Part shown: piece after piece, positions 40,201 through 60,650 of the stretch
Layout: every line of letters starts with the position of its first letter
Numbering within the stretch: the stretch's first letter is position 1
Source of the DNA: the human T2T-CHM13v2.0 reference genome, Homo sapiens
Length of the DNA: 64,000 bases
Assembly: GCF_009914755.1 (NCBI RefSeq)
Contig: NC_060926.1
Strand: one strand, 5' to 3'
Made by a program: the position numbers and the translations under genes
Notes under the pieces: generated by a model
Told to the model about the DNA's origin: nothing
Database searches by the model: none
The model's input: only the letters and a program-made list of their open reading frames with translations

Positions 40201-40520
40201 AGCACAGAGGATTTCTAAGGCAGTGAAACCACACTGTATAATATTATAATGACAGATACTTGCCATCATATATTTACTCAAACTCAAAGAATATATAATG
40301 CGAAGAGTGAACACTAATATAAATTATGAACTCTGGGTGATAATGTTTTGTCAATAGAGGTTCATCAAGTATAACAAATGTACCATTCTGGCAGGAGATT
40401 TTGATAAGGACGGAGGCCATCGATGTGGTAAGGCTAAGTGTGTAGAGAAGTTTTCTGTATCTTCTGCTTAATTTTGCTGTGAACCTAAAAATAGTCTGAA
40501 AAAGTAAAGCCCATTTAAAA
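37283..40520 (+). mobile_element. L1MC1/2-like 5'-truncated LINE-1 (ORF2 RT part + 3' UTR)
   Basis: ORF2 motifs plus the L1MC1-type 3' UTR 'cagagcacagaggatttctaaggcagtgaaacc...gagtgaacactaatataaattatgaactctgggtgataatg'. Confidence 0.85.
37625..37996 (-). mobile_element. MaLR solo LTR (MSTB/MSTC-like) inside the L1MC
   Basis: Plus strand reads TGTCTTAGT...gttctggaggctgggaagtc...cctcccaaaggccccacctcc...cattcaaaacacagCA. Confidence 0.85.
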
Positions 40521-40589
40521 CAATCTACCAGTCTAATTCACCTTTTTAACAATATAAAGATTCAAATTTCATATAAATTCATATTTATA

Positions 40590-43500
40590 TCTCAATGAAA
40601 ATTACTAACAAAAAGTTAAAAATAAAGACTACTAAAAATTACAAAACAGTCAGAAAATAACAAAATGGCAATAGTAAATTTTTACCTATCAATAACTTTA
40701 AATGTAAATGGCTTAATGGATTTTATGAAACAGAATTCAACTATATGCTGCCAACAAGATATTCACTTTATCTTTAAAAACACATATACATTGAAAGTGA
40801 AGGGATGAGAAAAAAATCCATATTAATAAAAATTAATTATTAATAATTAATAATTAACAAAAGAGAGTACGGATATATCAGACAAAATAGACTTAAAGTA
40901 AAAAACTATCACAAGGGACAAAAAGGTAACTATTATATAATGATAAAAATGCCAATTCATCAAGAGAATGTAACAATTGTGTGTCTGTGTGCATGTGTGT
41001 GTACACATATATACATGCATCCAACATCAGACTACTTAAATATTAACAAATCTGAAGGGAGAAATAGACAGCAATACAATAATAGAGGACTTTAATATCC
41101 TACTTTTAGCAATAAATGATCATCTAGACAGAAAGTCAATAAGGAACAACTGGACTTGAACTGCACTTTATACCGAATCAACATAAAATAAATATACAGA
41201 ACATTTCATCCAAATGCAACAGAATATGTGTTTTTCTCAAGTGCACATGAAACATTCTCCAGGATAGACATATTTTAGGCCACAAAACTAGTCATAAGAA
41301 ATTTAAGAAGATGGAAATCATACCAAGCACCTTTTCTGACAACCAAGAAATGAAACTAGAAATTGATAGAAGTAAAATTGGAAAATTTACAAATATGTGG
41401 AAATTAAACAACATGCTCCTGAAGAACCAGTGGGTCTAAGACATGAAAAGGGAAACAAAAAAACTCTTGTAAACATATGCAAATGGAAACACCACATATC
41501 AAAACTTAACGGATGCGGTAAAAGCAGTTCTAAGAGGAAAGTTTATAGCAATAAATGCTTACATTAAAAAAGCAGAAATATCTCAAATAAGTAACCTAAC
41601 ATTACACCTCAAGGAACTAGAAAAAGAAGGATAAAATAAGAACAAAGTTAATAAAAGCAAGGATAAAAAAATAACAAAGATCAGAGAACACATGTGTGAA
41701 ATAGCAATAAAACAATAGAGTTAATCAAGAGTTGCTTTTTTAAAAAAGATAATCGAAATTGGCAAACCTTTAGCTAGATTAATTAAAAAAGAGAGAAGAC
41801 TAAAATAAATAGAATCAAAAATAAAAGAGGAGACACTGTAACTAATACCACAGAATTACAAAGGATCATAAGAAACTACTATGAACAATTATATGCCAAC
41901 AATTTGGATAACCTAGAAGAACAAATTCCTAAACAGATAAAACCTACTCAGACTGAATTCTGAAGAAATAGAATATGTGAACAAACCAATAACAAGCAAG
42001 GAGCCTAATCAGTAATAAAACTTCTCCTGTCAAAGAAAATCTCAGAACCTGTTGTCTTCATAATTGAAATTTACCAAACATTTAAACAATAACACCAATC
42101 CTCAAACTCCTCCAAAAAATTAAAGAGAGAATACTTCCAAACTTATGAGGCCAGCATTACCCCAATATCAAAACTAGACAAAGACACTATAAGAAAAAGA
42201 AATGACAGGCCAATGTTTCTGATTAACATAGATGCAAAAATCCTCAACAGAAAAACTCAGAAAACTGAATTCAAGAGCCCATTACAAGGATCATACACCA
42301 TAATCAACTGGGATTCACCCCTGGGATGCAAGAAGGTTCAAACATATGCAAATCAATAAATACAGTATACCAAATTACCAGAAGGAAGGACAAAAAACAT
42401 ATTATCCTCTCCATGAATGAAGAAAAACCATTTGACAAAATTTAACATCATTTCATGATTAAAGAAAAAAAAAAGGCCTCCACCAATTAAGTATAGAAGA
42501 ACTGTACCTTAACACAGTGAATGAAGACTGTGTATTATGAGCCCACAGCTAACATCATACTTAACAGTGAAAAGCTGAAGCTTTTACTCTAAGATCAGGA
42601 ACAAAACAAGAATGACTACTCTTGCCATTTCTATACAACATAGTAGTGGAAGTCCTAGCCAAAACAATTAGGCAAGAAAAAAGAAATTAAAGGCATCCAA
42701 GTCATAAAAGAAGTTAAATTACCTGTGTTTACTGATGATTTTTTTTAAAAAAGGATATATATTTTTTCATACAGAAAACTTTAAAGACCACGAAAAAACC
42801 ATTACTACTAATACTGTAAGTAAAACTGAAGGATACAGAATCAACACACAAAAATTAGTAGTGTTTCCATAAACTAAAAACAAATTATCCAAAAAAGAAT
42901 CAAGACAAAAATCTCACTTACAATAGCATCAAAAAGAGTAAAATATGTAGGAATAAATTTAACCTAGGAAGTGAAAAACCTACATACTGGACAGATAAAT
43001 TATAAAACACAGACAAAAGAAATTTAATAAAACACAAATAAATAGAAAGGTATACTATATTTCTGGATTGGAAGAATCAAACAATTTTATATTGTTAAAA
43101 ATGCCCATACTATTCAAAGCAATCTGCAGACTTAATGTAATTCCTACCAAAACTCCAATGGCATTTTTACAGAAATAGAAAAAAAATACTAAAATACATA
43201 TGGAACCACAAAATACACCGAATAGTCAATGCAATCTTGAGGAAAAAAGTACAAAGTTAAAGGAACCACATTTTCTGATCTCATACCATATTACAAAGCT
43301 ATAGTAATCAACACTGCATGGTAATGCCATAAAAACAGATAATTGAAAATAATAGAGAGCTCAGAAACAAATCCCATGCATTTATATCAATTGATTTCAA
43401 CAGAGGTATCAAAATCATACAATGAAAAAAGGACAGTTTCTTCAATAAATAGTGCTAAGAAAACTGGGTATCTACATGTAGCAGAAAAAAATTGCACCCT

Positions 43501-44127
43501 TAACTCAAACTACATACAAAAATCAACTCAAAACGAAGATTTAAACACAAGGTTTGAAATGATAAAACTACTAAAAGAAAACAAAGGATAAAGACTTCTT
43601 GACATTGATCTGGAAAATTACTTTTTGGATCCCAAAAGCATACACAACAAAAGCACAAACAGACAAATGGGATGAAACCAATCTAAAGGTTTCTGCAAAG
43701 CAGAGGAAATAACAGAGTAAAAAGACAACCTATGGCATGGGAAAAAATAATTGCAAACCTTCCATATGATAAGAGGTTAATATATAAAATATATAAAGAA
43801 CTCAAACAACTCAATAGCAAACAAACAGGTAACCTGATCTAAAAATGGGCAAAGGACCTGAATAGACATTTTTCAAAAGAAGTCATACAAATGGCCAATA
43901 GGCATATAAAAAAATACTTAACATCGCTAATCATTGGGGAAATGCAAATCAAAACCACAATGAGATGTCACCTCACACTTGTTAGAATAGCTGTTATCAA
44001 AAATACAAAATATAAACAGTAGCAAAGATGTGGAGTAAAGGGAAACCTTGTACACTGTCAATAAGAATGTAAACTGATACAGCTATTAAGGAAAACAGAA
44101 TGAAATTTCCTCAAAAAGTTAAAATAG
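40590..44127 (+). mobile_element. L1MA7-9-like LINE-1, near-complete degenerate ORF2 (5' part, interrupted by the L1PA)
   Basis: Endonuclease start 'taactttaaatgtaaatggc' continues through the RT and C-terminal motifs; it resumes at 51064. Confidence 0.85.
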
Positions 44128-45500
44128 CGTTTTTGGAGGCTGGCAAGATGGCCAAATAGGAACAGCTGTGGTCTGCAACGCCCAGCAAAATCAACCTAGA
44201 AGGCAGGTGATTACTGCATTTCCAACTGAGGTACCTGGCTCTTCTCACTGGGACTGGTTAGACAGTAGGTGCAGCCCACAGAGGGTGAGCCAAAGCAGGG
44301 TGGGGCATCACCTCACCCAGGAAACACAAAGGGTCAGGGAACTCCCTCCCCTAGCCAAGGAAAGCCGTGAGGGATTGTGCTGTGAGGAACGGTGCACTCC
44401 AGCCCAGATTCTATGCTTTTCTCGCAGTCTTCACAACTCACAGACCAGGAGATCCCCTCTGGTGCCTATGCTACCAGGCTCCTGGGTTTCAAGCACAAAA
44501 CTGGGCGGCAATTTGGGCAGACACTGAGCTAGTTGCAGGAGTTTTTTTTTTGTTTTTTTTTGTTTTTTTTTTTTGTTTTTCTCCATACTCCAGGGGTGCC
44601 TGGAACACCAGCAAGACAGACCTGTTCACTCCACCGGAAAGGGAGCTGAAGCCAGGGAGCCAAGTGATCTAGCTCAGCAGATCCCACCCACACGGAGCCC
44701 AGCAAGCTAAGATCCACTGGCTTGAAATTCTCGCTGCCAGCACAGCAGTCTGAAGTCGACCTGGGAAGCTCAAGCCTAGTGGGGATGGGGCCTCCACCAT
44801 TACTGAGGCTTGAGTAGGCAGTTTTCCCCTCACAGTGTAAACAAAGCCACCAGGAAGTTCCAAATGGGCTGAGCCCTCCACAGCTCAGCAAAGCTACTGT
44901 AGCCAGACTGCCTCTCTAGATTCCTCTTATCTGCGCAGGGCATCTCTGAAAAAAGTCAGCAGCCCCAGTCAGGGGCTTATAGATAAAACCTCCATCTCCC
45001 TGGGACAGAACACCTGGGGGAAGGGGTGGCTGCGGATGCAGCTTCAGCAGACTTAAACATCCCTGCCTACCAGCTCTGAAGAGAGCAGTAGATCTCTCAG
45101 CACAGCGCTTGAACTCTGCTAATGGTCAGACTGCTTCCTCAAGTAGGTCCCTGACCCCCATGTCTCTTGAGTGGGAGACACCTCCCCACAGGGGCTGACA
45201 GACATCTCATACAGGAGAGCTCCAGCTGGCACCTGGCGGGTGCCCCTCTGGGACAAAGCTTCCAGAGGAAGGAACAGGCAGCAATCTTTGCTATTCTGCA
45301 GCCTCCGCTGGTGATATCCAGGCAAACAGGGTCTGGAGTGGACCTCTAGCAAACTCCAGCAGAACTGCAGCAGGGGGGCCTGACTGTTAGAAGGAAAATG
45401 AACAAACAGAAAGGAATGGCAACAACATCAACAAAAAACGTCCAGACACAGAAACCACATCCGAAGGTCACCAACGTCAAAGGTAGATAAATCCACGAAG

Positions 45501-46528
45501 ATGGGGAGAAACCAGTGCAAAAAGGCTGAAAATTCCAAAAACCAGAATGCCTTTTCTCCTCCAAAGGATCACAACTCCTTGCCAGCAAGGGAACAAAACT
45601 GGACGGACAATGAGATTGACGAATTGACAGAAGTAGGCTTCAGAAGGTGGGTAATAACAAACTCTTCCAAGCTAAAAGAGCATGTTCTAACCCAATGCAA
45701 GGAAGCTAAGAACCTTGAAAAAAGGTTAGAGGAATTGCTAACTAGAATAACCAGTTTAGAGAAGAACATAAATGACCTGATGGAGCTGAAAAACACAACA
45801 GGAGAACTTTGTGAGACATACACAGATATCAACAGCTGAATCTATCCAGCTATTGATAGATAGGAAAGAAAGGATATCAGATTTGGAGATCAACTTAATG
45901 AAATAAAACATGAAGACTGAATTAGAGTAAAAAAGAATGAAAAGGAACAAACAAAGCCTCCAAGAAATAGGATTATGTAAAAAGACCAAACCTGTGTTTG
46001 ACTGGTGTACCTGAAAGTGATGGGGAGAGTGGAACCAAGTTGGAAAACACTCTTCAGGATATTATCCAGGAGAACATCTCCAACCTAGCAAGGCAGGCCA
46101 ACATTCAAATTCAGGAAATACAGAGAACACCATAAAGATACTCCTCAAGAAGAGCAACCCCAAGATACATAATCATCAGATTCACCAATGTTGAAATAAA
46201 GGAAAAAATGTTACGGGCAGCCAGAGAGAAAGGTTGGGTTACCCACAAAGGGAAGCCCATCAGACAGCAGATCTCTCTGCAGAAAGCCTACAAGCCAGAA
46301 GACAGTGGGGGCCAATATTCAACATTCTTAAAGAATTTTCAAACCAAAATTTTATATCCAGCCAAACTAAGCTTCATAAGTGAAGGAGAAATAAAATCCT
46401 TTACAGACAAGCAAATGCTGAGAGACTTTGTCACCACCAGACCTGCCTTACAAGAGCTCCTGAAGGAAGCACTAAACATGGAAAGGAACAACCGGTACCA
46501 GCCACTGCAAAAACATAACAAATTGTAA
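45501..46528 (+). pseudogene. L1 ORF1p remnant (premature stop/frameshifts)
   Basis: MGRNQCKKAENSKNQ...LMELKNT is truncated at 45839; the C-terminal ...YPAKLSFISEGEIKSFTDKQMLRDFVTTRPALQELLKEAL is in a separate ORF. Confidence 0.9.
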
Positions 46529-46591
46529 AGACCATTGACGCTATGAAGAAACTGCATCAACTAATGGGTAAAATAACCAGCTAGCATCATA

Positions 46592-50842
<4,251 letters not shown>

Positions 50843-51063
50843 ACAATAAGAACACAGGCACACAGGGAGGGGAACCTCACACACCTGGGCCTGTCAGGGG
50901 GCTGGAGGGTAGGCGAGGGATAGCATTAGGAGAAATCTCTAATGTAGATGATGGGTTGATGGGTGCAGCAAACCACCATGGCACATGTATACCTATGTAA
51001 CAAACATGCACATTCTGCACATGTACTCCAGAACTTAAAGTATAATAAAAAAAATTAAAATAG

Positions 51064-51505
51064 GACTACCACACTTCTGAATGTATATCCAAAGGAATTA
51101 AAATTAGTATCTTGAAAAGATATGTGAACTACCATGTTTATTGCTGCATTATCACTAAAGCCAAGATATAGAATCAACCTATGTCCAGATGAATAAAGAA
51201 AATGTGGTATTTATGTATGCAATAGAATTACTCAGCTTTTAAAAAAGAAAATCCTGTCATTTGCAACAATATGGATGAATCTCAAAAACATTACACTAAG
51301 TAAATTGAGTCAAGCACAGAAAGAAATATTGCATGATCCTTACTTACATGTGAACTCTGAAAAAAGTTGAACTCACAGATTTACAGAGTAGAACTGTAAT
51401 TGCCAGAGGCTAAGAAGTGTTGGTCAAAAGGTACAAAGTTTCAGTTAGACAGGATGAATAAGTACAGGATGGTGATATAGTTAACAGCAATGTATTCTGT
51501 ACTTT
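51064..51505 (+). mobile_element. L1MA7-9-like 3' UTR (continuation of 40590-44127)
   Basis: 'tgttggtcaaaaggtacaaagtttcagttagacaggatgaataag'. Confidence 0.85.
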
Positions 51506-51509
51506 CTAG

Positions 51510-53690
<2,181 letters not shown>

Positions 53691-53799
53691 TAAAACATAA
53701 TATTTCTTCATGATCTCTTGTTTGGAAAATGTTAATTCCTTATACATTATTTTGAATTTAGTATTTTATTTATTTATTCAATACATATTTATAGGGCAT

Positions 53800-54190
53800 C
53801 TGAACATCACATTGTTAGAATTTTGTCCTTGTTACTAAATACTCTTTGAAACTTATTTTTAATGACTGCATAATACATCAAAATATGTGTGATTTTATAA
53901 TTTCTTTACTTTTTTAACTATGGAGCATTTGCATGGTTTACAATTTTACACTATTATAAATAGTACTGAAATGAATATCCTTGTACTTTAATTTTTGACG
54001 ATCCTTAAAAATTACCACCTACATTTACTGGGTCTAAGGGGTATAAACATTTTTTTCCAGATTGTTGTACAGAAAATGTGTACTGACTTGCAGTCCCATA
54101 GAATCTCTGTAGTTTTTCCATATAAGTTGTAAAACAGCGAGGTTTTTGGTATGGAATGCATTTTCTGATACATCTTAATATAAGGATCCT
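53800..54190 (-). mobile_element. L1ME-type 3' fragment
   Basis: 'tttttaatgactgcataata...gaatatccttgtac...tactgggtctaaggggtata'. Confidence 0.55.
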
Positions 54191-54329
54191 TAAAGAAGGT
54201 AGCCATTGTTTCTCACTGTGTAGAATCCAAATTAGCCTAGACCCAACTCTTACCTGTTCTCTGCAAAATCATTTAATCATTTTAATTTGTATGGATTACA
54301 TCACAGAACAGTCATGGTACAAGTAACCA

Positions 54330-54560
54330 ATTCCATGGAAAGAGCATGGATTGTAAGGAGAGCCAGACCCATTTGAATCTTAGCCTTCCTACTTGCTACC
54401 CATCTGACTTGGTAAGTGATTTCAACTATCTGACCATTAGTTTCCACCTATGCAAAAGAAGATAATCATAAACAATACACAGGATTGCTTTGGAGACTAA
54501 GGATGTAATATATATAAAGAGCCTCACATAATATCTGGCACAGTTGTTATTTAATACATT
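54330..54560 (+). mobile_element. MIR (MIRb-like)
   Basis: 'ggaaagagcatgga...tttgaatcttagc...tgacttggtaagtgatttcaac...cacaggattgct'. Confidence 0.7.
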
Positions 54561-56189
54561 AGGGTTTTTACCTACCTTTTCAATCATGGTATGTTTTTAA
54601 TTATCCATAGTAAAAGGTCAAACGGTATAGATAATTCCAAAACTTTATATCACACCAGACTTTTTACTGCTGATGATAAAATATAAGAAAGCTGATTTAT
54701 TTCAGTTTCTCCACCTATTCCTGCCCTCCTAGCCAAAGTAAGGAGACTGAATTACACAGAAACTGCAGAATCAATCTATAAATAATTAAGAGCTGGTCTT
54801 AGGTCGTGTTTTATGCTCAAAAACCTGAATCATTATGAAATTAAAAGCCTCTTTGCAAGTTGTGTTTTCATTTGGTCTTTAATAAGTAACTTTCAAGTGC
54901 CTTGCTTTTTTTCAAAGGGCCTTTAAAAATCGCATCGGGGTTAGGAAAGGGTTCCACTTAACAATATTTTTTTTCATGTGACCACTATTATTAAGACAAT
55001 TACCACTGATCATTTTTTAATGATATTTCAAAACCACTTGAATATTTTTAAAAAGGTCACACAAAGCTACATAACTTATAAAACTGAACAGCAAAAATGG
55101 GGCTTCTGCATTTGTTCAGACATGTACCAGGTTTTAGTTCCTACAGGCTCACAGACGGTTTTCTCCTTAACAGTTTGCCAAATGTATTTTAGAATGTCCA
55201 AAATTTAAAATGTTGATGTATGTGAACCAACTACATAATGAAAGAATCCATGCACCATTAAAATGATAATGTGAATCACTATTTCCCTCCAATGTGCTAA
55301 GTGCAACTAACTAGATCACATGGAGAGGATCAGCAAGGTAAATTGTTAATATTTTGAGTGAGAAAGAGAGATAGACATCCCCAAGTCAACCTAGCTTTTG
55401 TTTTTTTGTTTTTTGGCTTTTATAAAGATGATTCTTTCTCTTTTTGTTGCAAATATCAAATTATGACCATGAAATATGTATAACAAGCTCCAATCCAATT
55501 CCTGATTATTCAGAGCCTAATCATACAGTTTGTGTTTTACCCCAGCCATTTGCTTCTACTTTTTCTGCCTGCTGCCTGCCTTTTGCCATTTCACTGCTTG
55601 TTAGTCTTTGGCCAGAGTATCCCAGAAAAAGGAATTTTAAAAAAGAGGTGGGGGGAGGCAGGCCAAACCATCTGAACTTCTTCCAGTTTTGTCTAAAGTT
55701 CCTAGAGCAGGAGCTCTAAGAATGTGCACATAAGATTCTTAGATTATTGTTGACTCTCATTGTATTTTCCCAAGCCTCCGCACCCCCACTACTTCTATTA
55801 ATACTTCAGAGATATTCATTTTTATGGACTTTCTATTTTTCAGAGGAAAAGAGCTACCTTTTCCAAGAAGAAGGAAAAGCATCTAACATTTTTATTTTGT
55901 ATATAAAAAGCCGGAATATTTTGTCTTCTATGTGGTTTGTGCCCTAGAAGAAAATGGCCACTGTCAGTTCTAGCCCAGTCACTAAAACGCATTGCATATT
56001 TCTTGACCGACTCCTTCAGAACTCATCTTTCTCATATGGAAACACAATTATTAATAACAATCCTACCGACTTTTCAAGAGTCGTTCACAATGATTGGCTG
56101 AAATAACAAAAACAAATATTCTTTGGAAAATAAACTTAAAGAACCTGATGTCTATAAACAAAAGCGAACAAAAATTGTTCTATGAAAAG

Positions 56190-56335
56190 ATGCAGTGGAA
56201 AAATAACTGAATTTAGAACACACTGGGCTTGAGTTCAGTTTCAGTCCTGACACTGTATTTGTGATCTTGGGCAAGATTTTTAATAAATCTAATTTCCAGT
56301 TCCTTGCCTGTAATGAGGATGATGATGCTATGAAG
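56190..56335 (+). mobile_element. MIR fragment
   Basis: 'gcagtggaaaa...tgtgatcttgggcaag...agttccttgcctgtaatgaggatgatgat'. Confidence 0.6.
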
Positions 56336-56344
56336 TACTAGTGA

Positions 56345-58780
56345 AGGCACAGAGCATACATTGCTTGTGGAAATGCAAAGTGATATCAACCTTCTGGGAA
56401 ACAGTTTGGCACTTTCTTAAGAAGTTAAACATGTACTTACCATATGATCCAATGATACCACTGCTAGATATTTCCCCCCAACAAACAAAAACTAATGTTC
56501 GCAAAATCCCTATCTGTGAATCTTCACAGAAAATTTATTCCTAATTGCCAAATTCCGGAAACAACCCAGATGTTCTTCACACGAATTGATAATCAAATCA
56601 TGGTACATTCATACATAGGATACTACTCAACAATGAAGAGACACAAACTATTGACTCACACATATATGAAGCTTAAATACATTTTACTAAGAAGATATAC
56701 CTGTAAGTGTACATATTGCATTATTTCATTTATATGATGTCATAAAGGGCAAAATTATAAGAGTAAAAATCAGTGTCAAGAATACAAGTTAGTAGAAAGA
56801 ATATTTTACAATGAGGGATCATGAGGGCATTTTGAGGACAACGAAACTTATCATGACTGTAATGGTAGATAAATGGCTCTATACATTTTTCAAACCCATA
56901 GCCTTGTACATATCACAAAGAATTAGTGTATAAATTTTTAAAAGTCAATTAGAATGCGGTGGAACCCAAAAATGAAAACAAGCTACATGAATAAACCAAC
57001 TATATTACAAATGAATAGCATAATCATAAGGAATTTGAAAGGAAAAAATAACCTAAGTTACTTTGGAAAAAAAGTATATTGGCTGAATATTATGAGGCTA
57101 AAGATAAAAAGTACTCTACTCAAACACTATAACCTAGTTAGAAAAATTATTTATTACACATTAATGGGTCAGGCAATCTGGAACTAATTTATGTGTATAT
57201 ACCAAGGTTGATCAAATAGGTAAATATAACACAAAAAGAAGAGCCAGATTTCTCAATGTTCGAGAAAGAAGTTACAAATAATGAAGAAAAGGCAATCCTG
57301 AACCTTACTGTATTAAACTGGAATTGAAAGTATCAGTATGAACTCATTTTTAAATATATGTATGCAGATAAATACAGAAATAAAAATATATGTATGCATA
57401 TACATGTGTCATTATACACACATATATTTTCTAGCTCTGTCTATTGAAAGGGTTAAGAAGTAATGTCACCCAGTAGCAGTCAGCACACCTAGACCCAGAA
57501 CTTAGTTTCTAAATGTTATTTTTCAACAAAAGAAACAATGGCTTCTTGGTAAAGTGGTTTCGAGAGATCTGCGATAGAGAAAATTAAAATGAGTTTAGAG
57601 CAAACTTGTCCAGCCTGTGACTGGCAGGCCGGACATGGCCCAGGGCAGCTTTGAATGTGGCCCAACACAAATTTGTAAACTTTCTTAAACCATTTTGAGA
57701 TTTTTTTGCTTTTTTTTTTTTTTTTTTTTTAGCTCATCAGCTATCGTTAGTGTATTTTGTGTGTGGACGAAGGCAATTTTTCTTCTTTCAATGTGGCCAA
57801 GGGAAGCCAAAGCTCCTGGTTCGGAGCATTTTGTGGTGTCACAAAGTAAGGAAGTGCTCAAAAAAGATGGCGCATGTTGAAGGGCACAAGCACCAGTGTG
57901 AAAGAGTTCCACATGGCCAAAGTGAAGACAAACTGAGTAACAAAATGAATAATGATGGTATTGCTTTATAGCCCATAGAAGGAAATTAATATTTATGAGT
58001 TCATACTGATGTAAATAGGTGAATTAAAAATAAATAGGGAAGAAGGGGAAGTTCTTTTTATAAAAATAATTTCAAGTTATAAGCAGAGAAGGAATGCAGG
58101 AAATAGAAAAATCACCATTAGACAATCACAATAATAATTGTTGCAAACCCGATCTGCCAATAGATGCTAAAATTTGTGGGTAAAGTTTGAGGAGAAACAG
58201 AATATTTATATAACCTCAAATAATCTCCCCTGGGATACTTATTTATTACAAAGAGGAAAGTAATAACTTTATAGTGGAAAATCCAGCAGACATCACCTTA
58301 AGAGCACTCTAATAAGATATATCAATATGACGTATCTCCTGATGTTATAAATGAGAAGGGTGCATCATTTCTGTAGTATCCTTGTGAAACATGCATAACC
58401 TTAATTATGAGAAATAAATCAAACAATATAAATCAAGGGTTATTCTACTAAAGAGCTGACCAGTACTTTTCAAAAGTGTCAAAGTCACACAAAGGTATGT
58501 TGCCTTCATGGTCACCTGCCTATGTTGTGGAATCCTGAATTGGATACTGGAAGAAAGGAAAAAGAACCATAATTTTTTAAGAAAACTGGTGAAATCTGAA
58601 TAAAGTCTGTAGTTTCAGTCAGTAATATTACACCAATGTTAATTTCTTAATTTTGATCATCATACTATGCAAGATGTTACATTAGGAAAAACTGAATGAA
58701 TTATGTACAGGAATTACATACTGTTGTTGCAACTTTTCTGTAAGCCGAAATTTTTTTTAAATAAAACATTTAAAAATTAT
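56345..58780 (+). mobile_element. L1MC3/4-like long 3' end
   Basis: 'gaaacagtttggcactttcttaagaagttaaacatgtacttaccatatgatcc' followed by L1MC-type 3' UTR motifs (aactttatagtggaaaatccagcagac, gaatcctgaattggatactgga). Confidence 0.75.
57601..57818 (-). mobile_element. MER30 hAT-Charlie MITE
   Basis: 'caaacttgtcca...gctttgaatgtggcccaacacaaatttgtaaactttcttaaa...agctcatcagctatcgttagtgt...aatgtggccaagggaagccaaa'. Confidence 0.9.
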
Positions 58781-60464
58781 ATTGAGGAATCAGGAAGTAA
58801 ATTCTGCATCATGCCATCAATTCAGAATAACCAAACATCATTTACAACTTTTTATGAATTATTTTGGTATATGACATAACACAAGGTAGAAACAAATTTT
58901 CAGTGATAATTTTGTCTTGCTCTTGTCCTATCTGACACTAGGGGTCTTTGACAATCCTATTTCGGTATTTTTTGCAAATGATAAAATCTCATTCTGATGA
59001 TATTTACAAATCAATGCCCTAATGCTGTTTGGGATGGGGAACAATATTAATTTAATCTAATCACTCTTATGGATGGGAAGGACAGAAATGAATTATAGAT
59101 CTGAATCAAATCCAATAGGTATGTTAGTTTACCTGGATTTGAAATGAAGAAAATATCAACTGTTTAAGGATAGAAAATATTTATCCAAAGGGATAATTAT
59201 TCTCAGCAATGAGTGTCTAAAACTAAAACTTAATGCCACCAACATTCCTGAATATGATAAGACCATCTGTATGGTTTTTTTTTTTAAACAAAAAAAAAAA
59301 CCAATACATTCTCACAGGCAGTAACTTCAGGACTTATCTCATTGCCAAGATATGGGAAACAATACCATTGCTATATTTTGTCGACTCGGTTCTTTCTCAT
59401 ACTTGATCTTTTAAGTATAATTTTTTAAAATTAAGTAAAGATAAGTTGTGAGCTCTGTAAAATAGAACACTGGAGAAGACATACAAAAGGCATGTGACTT
59501 CAACAGCTCCATATAATATTTGGAAGTGTATATTTTTCACAAAAGTTTTAAGGGCAATACTTTTTTCCTTATTTTTGACCAACTTTTATGCTTGCATCAT
59601 AAGCGCATTTTTTTCCTTTGACTCAAACTCCACATCAACTTTAATTTCATGGTCTCTGTAAAACATATGCCTTTATAATGATTTTATCAATTTTAATCTT
59701 CTCACTGGATAGAAACCAAATATTAATATCTTTAGTATTACCACCTAGAGGGATTTTTGAATGGGCATACTTAAGACTGTAAGATCTCATTCACTTATTC
59801 ATGTAGAGGTTTTTAAAGGAAAGAAAGAGATTTGTTGAGTTTATCAGGATATTCAAAACAAGCCATGTCTTCTTAATTTTACAAGTCTAAGTTTTTCCAT
59901 ATTGAATCAATGGTTACACATATACACTAGCAAGTAGGAAGCATTGCTTGATTTCTATCGTTATAGAAATAAATTGAGCCATCATTATTTTCCTAGAGTG
60001 CTCTGATTTCAACATAAATCAGAATTCATTAGTAGCAACAAATCTGTGATACTCTAATATCTGCTACTGCAGTAATAGTCAAATTGTATTCAGACCCCTT
60101 ATCTGAAGAAGTTCGTATTAGGCAAAAAAAGAACGGAGAGCAGGAAAAAAAAAAAGCGTAGAATTTCTCAGCAAGGTATGCTTACAGTTAGCACATAAAG
60201 TAAAATGCCCTTTATCAAATGTTATGCCATATGAAGCTAAAAGTACTATGTGTAAAGCACAAAACTATGAAAATGTTATTTGTAATGAGATATATACTAT
60301 CAACAAGAAATAACTTATTTAAATCCCTATCTATTAAAAAGATAAAATTTTCCATAGCTTAAATCTATCCTATGGAATATAACTCTAGCACTCACTGAAT
60401 TGAATGACAAAGGAGATGGCTAAGATGCAAAATTAAATAATACGTATTAAGGGTAATAGCACAA

Positions 60465-60650
60465 TTATCTATTGATAGAACACTGTCATATAACCAGTGC
60501 CTACTTTGTCAGGTTCTTTAAATATACCTGATCTTCACAATAGCTCTGCAAGTTCAGTATTCTATTTTACAAATGAAGAAACTTAGACCAAGAATTTAAG
60601 CAATTTGCCCAAAGCCACACAACCAGTAATTGTCTCGCTTCCCAGTTCAC
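60465..60650 (-). mobile_element. MIR
   Basis: MIR core 'ttttacaaatgaagaaact...taagcaatttgcccaaagccacaca'. Confidence 0.75.

Noticed and set aside
40820-40860. AT-only palindromic tracts (also about 29350-29420 and 51660-51730)
   Set aside because: Low-complexity slippage products common in old L1s; nothing specific.
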